DNA of 64,000 bases from Candidatus Woesebacteria bacterium GW2011_GWF1_31_35 (GCA_001029755.1 CP011214.1:129754-193753); one strand, 5' to 3'; shown: positions 29,330 through 38,773, counted from the stretch's first letter. Notes: generated by a model not told the origin, from the sequence alone. Translations and numbers: made by a program.

Positions 29330-29983
29330 TCAAACTTCTTCCTTTCTATGTATCCAAACTTTAACACCTACATAACCTCTTTTTGTCAGTGCAGGAATTT
29401 CTGCATAATCAATATCTTCTCTTAAAGTTTGAGTTGGAACGGAACCTTGATGGAACTTTTCTACTCTTGAAATTTCAGCTCCATTAATACGACCCCCTAA
29501 TACAATTTTAATTCCTCCAGCTCTTGCCATCATTACTCTTTCCATTGCTTTTGTAACCGATCTTCTATGTGGAATTCTTTTTTCTAAATCTGATGCAATT
29601 CTTTCTGCTACTAAATAAGCTGAAAGTTCAGGTGACTTTACCTCATTAACTTTTAAATCAATCTTTAAACTTTCAACTTTAGTTACTTTACTAGTTTTTA
29701 AAATTTCAACTATAAATTTTTTCAATTCTTCAATTCCAGATCCACCTCGACCAATTACTACTCCTGGTCTTGAAACAGAAACTATAATAACTATACTTTT
29801 AGGGAGTCTTTCTATTTCTACTCCAACAATTCCAGCAACTGTCAATTTTTTCATTAAAGCTTCTCTTATTTTTATATCTTCTAATAATAGATGTTTATAT
29901 AAATTGTTATTCGAAAACCATCTAGATTTCCAACCTATTGTTCTTCCTGTTCTAAAACCAATTGGATTAACTTTTTGTCCCAT
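29330..29983 (-). CDS. rpsC: 30S ribosomal protein S3
   Basis: MGQKVNPIGFR, RPGVVIGRGG, GVKVWI. Confidence 0.98.
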   Translation of the reverse strand: MGQKVNPIGFRTGRTIGWKSRWFSNNNLYKHLLLEDIKIREALMKKLTVAGIVGVEIERLPKSIVIIVSVSRPGVVIGRGGSGIEELKKFIVEILKTSKVTKVESLKIDLKVNEVKSPELSAYLVAERIASDLEKRIPHRRSVTKAMERVMMARAGGIKIVLGGRINGAEISRVEKFHQGSVPTQTLREDIDYAEIPALTKRGYVGVKVWIHRKEEV

Positions 29984-30413
29984 TTTTATTTCCTTTCTTT
30001 ACTACCGTTTTAACGATTCTTTTCACTTCTTTCTTTTTATCTTCAATTTTTTCTTTTTCTTTATTTTCTTTTGAAACTATTGCTTCCTTAGAAGCCAAGA
30101 TAACTTTAATATGACTCATTCTTTTTTTAATTGGATGCCATCTTCCACGAGACACTGGCATTCCTCTTTTAAGTCTTGGTCCTTCTCCAATTTGTATTTC
30201 TTTAAAACTTAAATTATTAACATCAATTCCTTTTTGGCTTGCATTAGCAACGGCCGATTTAATTACCTTTAACACATATTCTGATGCTCTCTTTTTGATA
30301 AAAGGTAAAACTTCCAAAGCCTTACTGGGTGTTAATTTTTTAATAACATCAACTACTGGTCTAATTTTTCTTGGACTTAGTAATAAATATTTTTGTTCTG
30401 CTTTAAATTCCAT
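29967..30413 (-). CDS. rplV: 50S ribosomal protein L22 with charged tail
   Basis: SPRKIR, SAVANA, EGPRLKR, SHI. Confidence 0.97.
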   Translation of the reverse strand: MEFKAEQKYLLLSPRKIRPVVDVIKKLTPSKALEVLPFIKKRASEYVLKVIKSAVANASQKGIDVNNLSFKEIQIGEGPRLKRGMPVSRGRWHPIKKRMSHIKVILASKEAIVSKENKEKEKIEDKKKEVKRIVKTVVKKGNKNGTKS

Positions 30414-30448
30414 ATTTTTTTTATAATTTCATAAATTACAAGCTTCGT

Positions 30449-30730
30449 TTATGTTTTATCCATTGTTCTTTTAACAATTTCTCCGTGTCCTTTAAATGTT
30501 CTTGTTGGTGAAAATTCACCTAATGTATAACCCACCATGTCTTCGCTAACAAAAACATCAATAAATACTTTCCCGTTATGAACTTGAAAATATTTATTTA
30601 CAAATTCAGGTGGAATTTTAGAAGATCTTGACCATGTTTTTATTGGATTTTCCTTCAAACCCATGCCAGACTCTAGCTTTTTAATAAGTCTTTCATCTAC
30701 ATATGGTCCTTTTTTACTACTTCTACTCAT
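30449..30730 (-). CDS. rpsS: 30S ribosomal protein S19
   Basis: [23 protein letters not shown]. Confidence 0.98.
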   Translation of the reverse strand: MSRSSKKGPYVDERLIKKLESGMGLKENPIKTWSRSSKIPPEFVNKYFQVHNGKVFIDVFVSEDMVGYTLGEFSPTRTFKGHGEIVKRTMDKT

Positions 30731-30732
30731 AT

Positions 30733-31476
30733 TTATTTTTTACCTCTCTGTCTACCTTCAACAATTGTGTGTCTAGAATATTTCTTTGGATTTCTAGTTT
30801 TACCTACTGCTTTCTTTCCCCAAGGTGTTTTAGGATACTTCATACCAACCCTACTTCTTCCTTCTCCTCCTCCATGCGGATGAGCATCAGGATGCATTGC
30901 TACACCTCTTACAGCGGGTCTAACACCCCTCCACCTATTCGCTCCTGCCTTACCTAGTTTCTTGTCTTTATCTCCAACATTTCCTATCTGACCAATTACT
31001 GCTGAACATTCCAGGTCAAATCTTCTAATTTCACCAGATGGCATTTTAATTAAAACACTTTTTTCATCTTTTCCAAAAACTGTTGCTAAATTTCCTGCTC
31101 CTCTAGCAATTTGGCCACCTTTACCTTTTGTTATCTCAACATTATTAACTTGTGTTCCGACTGGAATTTTAGCAAGTGGAAGACAATTACCAACCTCCAA
31201 AGGTGCTTCATTTGAAGAAATTACTTTCATTCCTTCTTTCAAGTCGTTGGGTGCTATTATATAGCTACGCAAGCCATCCGCATAGACCAATCTTGCAATT
31301 CTTGCATTTCTATTTGGATCATATTCAATAGCCTCAACTGTAGCCCAAATTTCTTTTTTGTCTCTTTTAAAATCTATAACTCGCAAAAATCTTTTAGAAC
31401 GACCACCTTGGTGTCTTACAGTTACTTTTCCATTACTTCTTCCTGAATGTTTTTGTAATATTTTTTTAAGTTTCAT
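30733..31476 (-). CDS. rplB: 50S ribosomal protein L2 (N-terminally short)
   Basis: [20 protein letters not shown]. Confidence 0.98.
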   Translation of the reverse strand: MKLKKILQKHSGRSNGKVTVRHQGGRSKRFLRVIDFKRDKKEIWATVEAIEYDPNRNARIARLVYADGLRSYIIAPNDLKEGMKVISSNEAPLEVGNCLPLAKIPVGTQVNNVEITKGKGGQIARGAGNLATVFGKDEKSVLIKMPSGEIRRFDLECSAVIGQIGNVGDKDKKLGKAGANRWRGVRPAVRGVAMHPDAHPHGGGEGRSRVGMKYPKTPWGKKAVGKTRNPKKYSRHTIVEGRQRGKK

Positions 31477-31508
31477 ATATTTATATTTATTTATCTTTTT
31501 ATATTATT

Positions 31509-31784
31509 TTATTTTTTTGGTTCCTCAAATATATCAATTTTCCCAAGTTTTAAAGTTATCATTGCTTTTTTCTTTGCTACTTTTGTAACTTTCTTTCCCC
31601 TCATGGTTCTACTAACCATCTTTTTATAATTTTGAGTATTAACAGAACCTACCTTTACTTCAAAAGCTTCTTCTATTAATTTTCTTATCTGATTTTTAGC
31701 TAAAGTAGGTAATACCCAAAAACTATAAATGCCATTTTTGGCTTTCTGCATACTTTTTTCTGTAAAAATTGGTTTAATTTTCAT
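31509..31784 (-). CDS. rplW: 50S ribosomal protein L23
   Basis: KPIFTEKS, KKAMITL. Confidence 0.95.
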   Translation of the reverse strand: MKIKPIFTEKSMQKAKNGIYSFWVLPTLAKNQIRKLIEEAFEVKVGSVNTQNYKKMVSRTMRGKKVTKVAKKKAMITLKLGKIDIFEEPKK

Positions 31785-31805
31785 AATTTTAATTTCAAGC
31801 TTCGC

Positions 31806-32468
31806 TTATTTCTTTATTTCTTTCTTTGCAATTTTTCCTACTTTAGTTTCTTTTTTTGTTTCTGTTTTAAAGATATTACTTTCTATCAAAATTAGACTTT
31901 TAGACATAACTTTAAAAGCGTTAAGACTTTCAAAATCAATAATTTCAATATCTTTGATATTTTTAAAAAATCTGGCTAGTTTCATACTTTCTTTTGATAA
32001 AACTATTAAAACTTTAGATTTAACCTCTAAAGTTTTTCTTAAAGCCAATAACATATTGTTTCCCTCTGCGGTTTTACTAATTTTTTCTAATCCTTCAATT
32101 AATATCGCTTTTTTACTTTCAAATTTATTAGAAAGTGCAGCTAAAAGAGCTTTTTTCTTCATTTTAGAAGGTAAATTCAAAACTCTTTTTACTCCTTTAG
32201 GTCCATGTGCAACACCACCACCAACAAAAATAGGTGCTGATCTTGCTCCATGTCTTGCTCCTCCAGTACCTTTTTGCTTATAAAGTTTTTTTCTGGTCCT
32301 GTTTACTTCAGATCTTGTTTGAACTTTTGCTAAACCAAAATGGGTTCCATCTTCATAGACTCTTATAGCCTGTAAAAGCAATGATTTAGAGAATTTTTCA
32401 CCATACTCCTTAGGTAGATTTACATCTTCCTTTGCTTCCCCTTTAATTGTATAAATTTTAGCTTTCAT
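31806..32468 (-). CDS. rplD: 50S ribosomal protein L4
   Basis: KQKGTGGARHG, GGGVAHGP. Confidence 0.98.
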   Translation of the reverse strand: MKAKIYTIKGEAKEDVNLPKEYGEKFSKSLLLQAIRVYEDGTHFGLAKVQTRSEVNRTRKKLYKQKGTGGARHGARSAPIFVGGGVAHGPKGVKRVLNLPSKMKKKALLAALSNKFESKKAILIEGLEKISKTAEGNNMLLALRKTLEVKSKVLIVLSKESMKLARFFKNIKDIEIIDFESLNAFKVMSKSLILIESNIFKTETKKETKVGKIAKKEIKK

Positions 32469-32475
32469 ATTTTTA

Positions 32476-33207
32476 TTATTTTACTTCTGCCTCTTTAATT
32501 TCTTCTTTTTTAATTGCATCTTCTGGAGCTTCTTCAACTTCAACAACAGTTGCTACTACTTCATGTTCCAAATCTTTTAATGATCCTGATTTGATTTTGT
32601 TAACAGCCAAAAATATTCCAGCTTTTCCTGGAATTGGACTTGAAATTGAAAGTTCATTTTTTTCTGCATCAACTGAAACAACATGGAGGTTCTTCATTGT
32701 TACCTGTTCACTACCCATTCTCCCTGCCATTCTTTTTCCTTTATAAACTCTTCCTGGAGTCGTTGTCTGACCTATTGATCCTGGAGCTCTTTCCCTATCT
32801 GATTGTCCATGAGTTCTTGGTCCTCCTTTAAACCCGTGTCTTTTAACTCCACCAGCAAATCCTTTACCTTTTGTTATTGCAGTTACTGATATAACATCAC
32901 CTGCACTAAATATGTCTCCAACTTTGATAATATCTCCAACTGCAAAATTTGGTTTTTCACTTAATTTTATTTCTTTTAAATATCTTGGAGTTGAATTTGA
33001 TTTTTTGGAGTGTCCTTGAAGCGGTTTTGTGGTATTTTTAATCTTTTTAGTCCCGAATCCTAATTGAACTGCCCAGTAACCATCTTTATTAATATCTTTA
33101 ATTTGGATAACTGTACAAGGCCCTAATGTAACTTTTGTTACAGGAATTCTAAAGCCTTCTATAAAGGCTTGTGTCATTTTCCCTTTGGTTCCAAACAATG
33201 TATTCAT
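32476..33207 (-). CDS. rplC: 50S ribosomal protein L3
   Basis: DGYWAVQLG, KGKGFAG, GKRMAG; real start ATG 33207. Confidence 0.98.
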   Translation of the reverse strand: MNTLFGTKGKMTQAFIEGFRIPVTKVTLGPCTVIQIKDINKDGYWAVQLGFGTKKIKNTTKPLQGHSKKSNSTPRYLKEIKLSEKPNFAVGDIIKVGDIFSAGDVISVTAITKGKGFAGGVKRHGFKGGPRTHGQSDRERAPGSIGQTTTPGRVYKGKRMAGRMGSEQVTMKNLHVVSVDAEKNELSISSPIPGKAGIFLAVNKIKSGSLKDLEHEVVATVVEVEEAPEDAIKKEEIKEAEVK

Positions 33208-33351
33208 ATTCTTTTTACAGAAACAAAAAAACGCCAAAAGAGGCGCTTTAATATCTTAAATCGCATCTAATAAGCTTTTGTGGTTAGATTTTAAAAACCA
33301 CCTCCATGTTTCTAGTGGTGAATTATATCAAATAACATACCTATTACGCAA
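33208..33351 (-). promoter_or_regulatory. rplC promoter and structured leader ending in a terminator-like hairpin
   Basis: TTGCGT-18-TATAAT with TG extension; AGCGCC-TCTTTT-GGCGTT followed by a T run. Confidence 0.65.
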
Positions 33352-33383
33352 GCCACACTTGTATCTAAAATAATGGATGAAGA

Positions 33384-33686
33384 TTACATCTTAATCTCAA
33401 TAGAGACTCCAGCAGGAAGATCGAGATTACCCAAAGAATCAACAGTTCTTGGAGTTGGATCTAGGATATCTATAAGTCTTTTGTGGGTTAACACTTCATA
33501 ATGTTCTTGGGCATCTTTATCTGTAAACGGGGATTCTTTAATAGCCATGACAGATCTATCTGTAGGAAGTGGAGTTGGGCCTGAAATTTTAGCACCGGAA
33601 GCAAGGGCAGTATCAATTATTTTTGTTGCTGCCTCATCAATTACTCTATGATCGTAAGCTTTAAGCTTAACTCTAAGTCGTTGCAT
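33384..33686 (-). CDS. rpsJ: 30S ribosomal protein S10
   Basis: [25 protein letters not shown]. Confidence 0.98.
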   Translation of the reverse strand: MQRLRVKLKAYDHRVIDEAATKIIDTALASGAKISGPTPLPTDRSVMAIKESPFTDKDAQEHYEVLTHKRLIDILDPTPRTVDSLGNLDLPAGVSIEIKM

Positions 33687-33729
33687 AGATTTTCTTCCTT
33701 AAGGTGCGATTTTATCCGCCAAAGGCGAA

Positions 33730-34929
33730 TTAAGCTATGATTTTGGTTATCACTCCAGCACCAACTGTGTGACCACCCTCACGAATTGCAAATCTCAATC
33801 CCTCTTCCATAGCGATAGGAGCAATAAGTTTAATTTTCATTTTTGCACTATCTCCAGGCATAACCATCTCAACACCTTCAGGCAAAGTTACATCACCAGT
33901 TATATCAGCTGTTCTTATAAAAAATTGTGGTTTATAACCTGTAAAGAATGGTGTATGTCTTCCACCTTCATCTTTACTTAAAATATAAACTTCTGCTTCA
34001 ATCTCAGTGTGTGGTGTAACTGAACCCGGTTTTGCTAAAACTTGTCCTCTTTCAACTTGTGTTTTTTCAATACCTCTTAAAAGTACTCCAACATTGTCTC
34101 CAGCCATGGCTTCATCAAGAAGTTTTCTAAACATTTCAAGACCAGTTACTGTTGATTTCAATGTATCTTTAATTCCAATTATTTCAATTTCTTCATTAAC
34201 TTTAATTTGTCCTCTTTCAACTCTTCCTGTAACGACTGTTCCACGACCTGAAATTGAGAATACATCTTCAACAGGCATTAAAAATGGTTTTTCAGTATCT
34301 CTTACTGGAGTTGGAATAAATTCATCAGCTTGTTTCATTAATTCTAATATTCCTTTTTCTGCTTCTGCATCACCCTCTAATGCTTTTAAGGCTGATACTC
34401 TAACAATTGGAGTTGTATCTCCTGGGAACTGATACTTTTTAAGAAGTTCTCTAATGTCGGATTCAACTAATTCCAAAAGTTCTGGATCATCCATTGCATC
34501 ACATTTGTTTAATGCAACAATTATAGAAGGAACATTAACCTGTCTTGCTAAAATAACGTGTTCTTTTGTTTGAGGCATAGGCCCGTCAGGTGCGGAGACT
34601 ACTAAAATTGCTCCATCCATTTGTGCAGCACCTGTAATCATATTTTTAATATAATCAGCATGTCCTGGAGCATCTATATGAGCATAGTGTCTTTTATCTG
34701 TTTCGTACTCAACATGGGAAATATTAATAGTAACTCCTCTTTGTTTTTCTTCTGGAGCTGAATCAATTTGATCAAAAGCATATGCTTTATTTACTCCACC
34801 TGGAAAATTTTTTGCAAGAACTGTAGTTATTGCTGCAGTTAAAGTTGTTTTACCATGATCGACATGACCAATGGTACCAATATTTACGTGTGGTTTAGTT
34901 CTATCAAATTTTTGTTTTGCGTCTGCCAT
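33730..34929 (-). CDS. tuf: Elongation factor Tu
   Basis: [21 protein letters not shown]. Confidence 0.99.
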   Translation of the reverse strand: MADAKQKFDRTKPHVNIGTIGHVDHGKTTLTAAITTVLAKNFPGGVNKAYAFDQIDSAPEEKQRGVTINISHVEYETDKRHYAHIDAPGHADYIKNMITGAAQMDGAILVVSAPDGPMPQTKEHVILARQVNVPSIIVALNKCDAMDDPELLELVESDIRELLKKYQFPGDTTPIVRVSALKALEGDAEAEKGILELMKQADEFIPTPVRDTEKPFLMPVEDVFSISGRGTVVTGRVERGQIKVNEEIEIIGIKDTLKSTVTGLEMFRKLLDEAMAGDNVGVLLRGIEKTQVERGQVLAKPGSVTPHTEIEAEVYILSKDEGGRHTPFFTGYKPQFFIRTADITGDVTLPEGVEMVMPGDSAKMKIKLIAPIAMEEGLRFAIREGGHTVGAGVITKIIA

Positions 34930-35025
34930 GAAATTGTTATTATAATTATTCTCGCTTCAAAAAACAAGAGGCATCCATTTGCCTCGTGTAGATGTATTAT
35001 ACTTAAGGCTAATTAATAGTGTCAA
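34930..35025 (-). promoter_or_regulatory. tuf promoter(s) and leader hairpin
   Basis: TTGACA-18-TATAAT; GAGGCA-AATGGA-TGCCTC then TTGTTTTTT; second TTGTTT-17-TATAAT downstream. Confidence 0.65.
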
Positions 35026-35039
35026 CACCCAATTTGTTT

Positions 35040-35246
35040 TTATATCGGGAAGTTGATACAGTTTTTAAAAAAAACTGTATCTAATATTTTTAAACCACGA
35101 CACGATGTTGACACAACTCTTGCACCATTAGGATCATCCGACCAAATAAACTTAATAATATTTTGACTAAAATAGAGATATATCAAAGAAATAATCACTA
35201 CAATAAACAAAATTAAAAAACTTAAATTATGAAATAATTTCTTCAT
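35040..35246 (-). CDS. Small membrane hypothetical protein
   Basis: 68 aa, N-terminal TM, two Cys; TGTTATAAT 6 nt before ATG. Confidence 0.6.
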   Translation of the reverse strand: MKKLFHNLSFLILFIVVIISLIYLYFSQNIIKFIWSDDPNGARVVSTSCRGLKILDTVFFKNCINFPI

Positions 35247-35392
35247 ACCAAAATTATAACATTAACAATTAATAATTGATTAGAAATTAAAAATTTTCCG
35301 AAAGAAAGCTTACCCTCTAGCCACCCAAATTAGCATTAATTATTGAGATATATAAATAAATGTTTATCAAAAAAATGTGTTAAAATTAGTTA

Positions 35393-35797
35393 ATGGAAAA
35401 GTCCAAACCCTTTGTTTCAATAATATTTGGAATATTTACTATACTAATAATAGTTTTAGTTCTTAATTTCATTTGGCGGTTTAAGGAGTTAAAAGCTGGT
35501 CGTATTTGGAAACCCGATTTTGAATTTAGCAATTTAGGAGAACAAGTTATGAGTGGTTCCAATTGTGAGCGATTATCAAATCTACCCGATCAAAATATAT
35601 GTTTCGTATCACAAGCTAATTTGGAAAAGAATTATAAAATTTGCGAAAAAATTATAGTATCCGATCTAGATCCAACTTCTTCATATAATAAAGGCCTCTG
35701 CTATGGCAATGTAGCAAGAACACTAAATGATGTTTCGATATGCGATAATACCTCATTATCTTATAAGAAAATTTGTATTGAAAATATGGGTAGATAG
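35393..35797 (+). CDS. Membrane-anchored protein with Cys-rich repeats
   Basis: N-terminal TM; three Cys-pair units; TGTTAAAAT 6 nt before ATG. Confidence 0.75.
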   Translation: MEKSKPFVSIIFGIFTILIIVLVLNFIWRFKELKAGRIWKPDFEFSNLGEQVMSGSNCERLSNLPDQNICFVSQANLEKNYKICEKIIVSDLDPTSSYNKGLCYGNVARTLNDVSICDNTSLSYKKICIENMGR

Positions 35798-35835
35798 TTA
35801 ATTTAAATTGAAGGTTTGCAGTTTTGTTTTCCTGA

Positions 35836-38004
35836 TTACCCTCTAGCCATTTCAACCTTACCAGCTTTAGCTACAATTTGAGCTGCAATATGAGCAGGAA
35901 CTTCATCATAATGGCTAGGTTCTACAAATGCTCTTGCTCTTCCTTGAGTTAATGATCTTAATTTTGTTGCATAACCTGAAAGTTCAGAAAGAGGAGCTAT
36001 TGCATAGATAACTGTTTCTCCTCCTTTTTCTTCACTGCCTGAAATTTGAGCACGTTTGCTTGAAAGATCACCCATGACATCTCCCATATATTCGGCTGGA
36101 GTAAATACCTCAACCTTCATAATAGGTTCCAATAGACCCATGTCAGCTTTTCTAATTGCATCTTCGACACCTAAAGATCCTGCAATCTTAAATGACATTT
36201 CAGAAGAATCAACATCATGGAAGCTTCCATCAAAAACAATAACTTTAAGGTCAACCATTGGAAATCCTGCCATAATTCCATTTTCAAGCTTTTCTTTAAC
36301 ACCTTTTTCAATAGCTGGAATATATTCAGAAGGAATAGCTCCACCTTTAATTTCACTTTTGAATTCAAATCCTTCGCCTCTACCTCTTGGCTCGACTCTA
36401 ATTAAACAGTGCCCATATTGTCCACGACCTCCAGTTTGTCTTATATACTTTCCTTCTCCTTCAGCAATCTTTTTAATTGTTTCTTTATAAGCTACTTGTG
36501 GTGCACCAGTTGTTGCTTCAACATTAAATTCTCTTTTCATTCTATCAACCAAAACTTCAAGTTGAAGTTCACCCATTCCTGCAATAATAGTTTGTCCTGT
36601 TTCAGGATTACTTTTGATTTTAAAGGTTGGATCCTCATCAGATAGTTTATTTAAAGCCAAACCCATTTTTTCTTGATCTGCCTTTGTTGCAGGCTCAATT
36701 GCAAGTGAGATGACAGGTTCTGGAAAACTAATCGATTCAAGATGAATGGGATGAACAGGATCACAAATTGTGTGGCCTGTGGTTGTGTCTTTAACACCAA
36801 CTACAGCTACAATTTCTCCTGACATTGCTTCTTCAATTAATTCCCTTTGATCTGCATGAAGTAAAACTAATTTTCCAATTCTTTCTGTTATTTGTTTACT
36901 AGAATTGTAAACTGTTTGTCCTTGTTTTAATGTTCCTGAATAAACTCTGACATATACTAACCTTCCTACGTGTGGATCGGTTACAACTTTAAAAGCCAAA
37001 CCTGAAAATGGAGCTTCATTTTTTCTTTCTCTTTTTTCAGTTTCACCTGTTTTAGTATTTACTCCTTCAATTGCAGGCATATCAACAGGAGATGGTAGAT
37101 ATTCTAAAACACCATTCAATAGGAGTTGTGCTTCTGCAGTTCTATTATCTCCTCCAAATACTGGGAAGAATTTTCCAGCAATAACTCCCTTTCTTATAGC
37201 TCTCTTAATTTCAATTTCAGTAGGTTCCACCCCTTCTAGATATTTAGTTAAAGTATCATCATCAAACTCAGATACTTTTTCAATCAATTCTTGTCTATAT
37301 TTTTTAGAAATTTCTAAAAGTTCTGTTGGAATTTCTTCTTCTGTTAAATTTCTATCTTCAACTGCCTTATAAGTTAAGGCTTTCATGCTTATTAAATCAA
37401 TAACTCCTCTGTGCTCATGTTCTTGACCAATTGGATAAATAACAGGAGAAGCATTAGCTCCAAGTCTTTCTCTAATTGATTTTATTGATCCATCAAAATC
37501 AGAACCAATTAAATTTAATTTATTTAAAACACAAATTCTTGGAACATTATATTTATCAGCTTGTCTCCAAACAGTTTCGGATTGAGACTCAACTCCAGTT
37601 CTTCCATCAAAAACCATTAATGCTCCATCCAAAACTCTTAAAGATCTTTCAACTTCAGCAGTAAAATCAATATGTCCCGGTGTATCAATTAAATTAATTC
37701 TATAGTGACCTTTTTCTACAGAAGAATCTTCTTTTAAATCCCAAAATGCAGTAATTGCAGCAGAAACAATTGTTATTCCTCTTTCTCTTTCTTGGGCCAT
37801 CCAATCAGTAACAGTAGTTCCCTCATCAACTGATCCTTGTTTATATGTTCTACCTGTTTCAAAAAGTAATCTTTCAGTAGTTGTAGTTTTACCTGCATCG
37901 ATATGAGCAATAATTCCAATATTTCTGATTTTTTCCAAAGAAACATCACGATCCTTAGTAATCGTCATAACCATTGCAGATTTTTTCTTTACTTCTTCAG
38001 CCAT
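35836..38004 (-). CDS. fusA: Elongation factor G with atypical G4/G5 motifs
   Basis: AHIDAGKTT, RGITI, DTPGH, GMGELQLE, GGRGQYGH, LLEPIM; str-operon position. Confidence 0.98.
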   Translation of the reverse strand: MAEEVKKKSAMVMTITKDRDVSLEKIRNIGIIAHIDAGKTTTTERLLFETGRTYKQGSVDEGTTVTDWMAQERERGITIVSAAITAFWDLKEDSSVEKGHYRINLIDTPGHIDFTAEVERSLRVLDGALMVFDGRTGVESQSETVWRQADKYNVPRICVLNKLNLIGSDFDGSIKSIRERLGANASPVIYPIGQEHEHRGVIDLISMKALTYKAVEDRNLTEEEIPTELLEISKKYRQELIEKVSEFDDDTLTKYLEGVEPTEIEIKRAIRKGVIAGKFFPVFGGDNRTAEAQLLLNGVLEYLPSPVDMPAIEGVNTKTGETEKRERKNEAPFSGLAFKVVTDPHVGRLVYVRVYSGTLKQGQTVYNSSKQITERIGKLVLLHADQRELIEEAMSGEIVAVVGVKDTTTGHTICDPVHPIHLESISFPEPVISLAIEPATKADQEKMGLALNKLSDEDPTFKIKSNPETGQTIIAGMGELQLEVLVDRMKREFNVEATTGAPQVAYKETIKKIAEGEGKYIRQTGGRGQYGHCLIRVEPRGRGEGFEFKSEIKGGAIPSEYIPAIEKGVKEKLENGIMAGFPMVDLKVIVFDGSFHDVDSSEMSFKIAGSLGVEDAIRKADMGLLEPIMKVEVFTPAEYMGDVMGDLSSKRAQISGSEEKGGETVIYAIAPLSELSGYATKLRSLTQGRARAFVEPSHYDEVPAHIAAQIVAKAGKVEMARG

Positions 38005-38008
38005 ATTT

Positions 38009-38284
38009 TTATCTTCTTCTTCCTAAACTCATTTCCCTTCCCTCTGCCTCTCTTCTTAATCTACGTCTCAATTCTGCTTCAGCTGCCAATCCAATTTCTG
38101 TTAATTTAGAATGTCTATCTAATAGTTCTGATGTTAATTTTAAATGATGTGATTCAAAAAATTCTGATTCTTTTGAAACAGCATTTTTTAGTCGAACATT
38201 AATCATTTGCCTATCATACGCTAAAGATCTTAATTCAACGAGGCTTGTTTGCCCAAAAAATGTTCTTCTTCTAATAGGTGACAT
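38009..38284 (-). CDS. Hypothetical Arg/Glu-rich protein between rpsG and fusA
   Basis: 91-aa ORF fills the gap (9 nt after rpsG stop, 4 nt before fusA ATG). Confidence 0.65.
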   Translation of the reverse strand: MSPIRRRTFFGQTSLVELRSLAYDRQMINVRLKNAVSKESEFFESHHLKLTSELLDRHSKLTEIGLAAEAELRRRLRREAEGREMSLGRRR

Positions 38285-38293
38285 TTCAAAAAA

Positions 38294-38773
38294 TTACCAC
38301 TTAAAGTGTGAAAATGCACGATTTGCATCGGCCTGTTTTTCCATTTCCATTCTTTTCTTTACTGCTCCACCTTCACTGTTACTTGCATCTATTAATTCCT
38401 GTGCAATTTTATCTCCATATGTATGAAATTCTGAATTAGATCTTGCTCTTGCTGCTGCTACTAACCACCTAATTGCTAATGATTCTTTTCTTTCCTCTCT
38501 TACTTGCATAGGAACCTGATAAGCTGCTCCACCAACTCTTTTAGCCCTAACTTCCATTTCAGGCTTTATATTTTCAATTGCTTTTTCAAATATTTTAATT
38601 GGATCTTCTTTTGTTTTTTCAGCAATTATTTTTAAACCATTATAAATTTCTCTTTGTGAAACACTCTTTTTGCCATCATGCATACTCCTATTAATAAATT
38701 TTGCTAATAATCTACTTTGATAAAGTGGATCAACTTCGACTAATCTTTTTCTTGATGGTCCTTTTCTTGGCAT
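38294..38773 (-). CDS. rpsG: 30S ribosomal protein S7
   Basis: DGKKS, RVGGAAYQVP, ANRAFSHF. Confidence 0.98.
   Translation of the reverse strand: MPRKGPSRKRLVEVDPLYQSRLLAKFINRSMHDGKKSVSQREIYNGLKIIAEKTKEDPIKIFEKAIENIKPEMEVRAKRVGGAAYQVPMQVREERKESLAIRWLVAAARARSNSEFHTYGDKIAQELIDASNSEGGAVKKRMEMEKQADANRAFSHFKW

Noticed and set aside
31729-32283. 184-aa plus-strand ORF
   Set aside because: Antisense to rplD; Phe/Leu/Ser-rich composition typical of shadow frames
33208-33237. MAFFCFCKKN extension of uL3
   Set aside because: Translation of the leader terminator; ATG 33207 fits uL3
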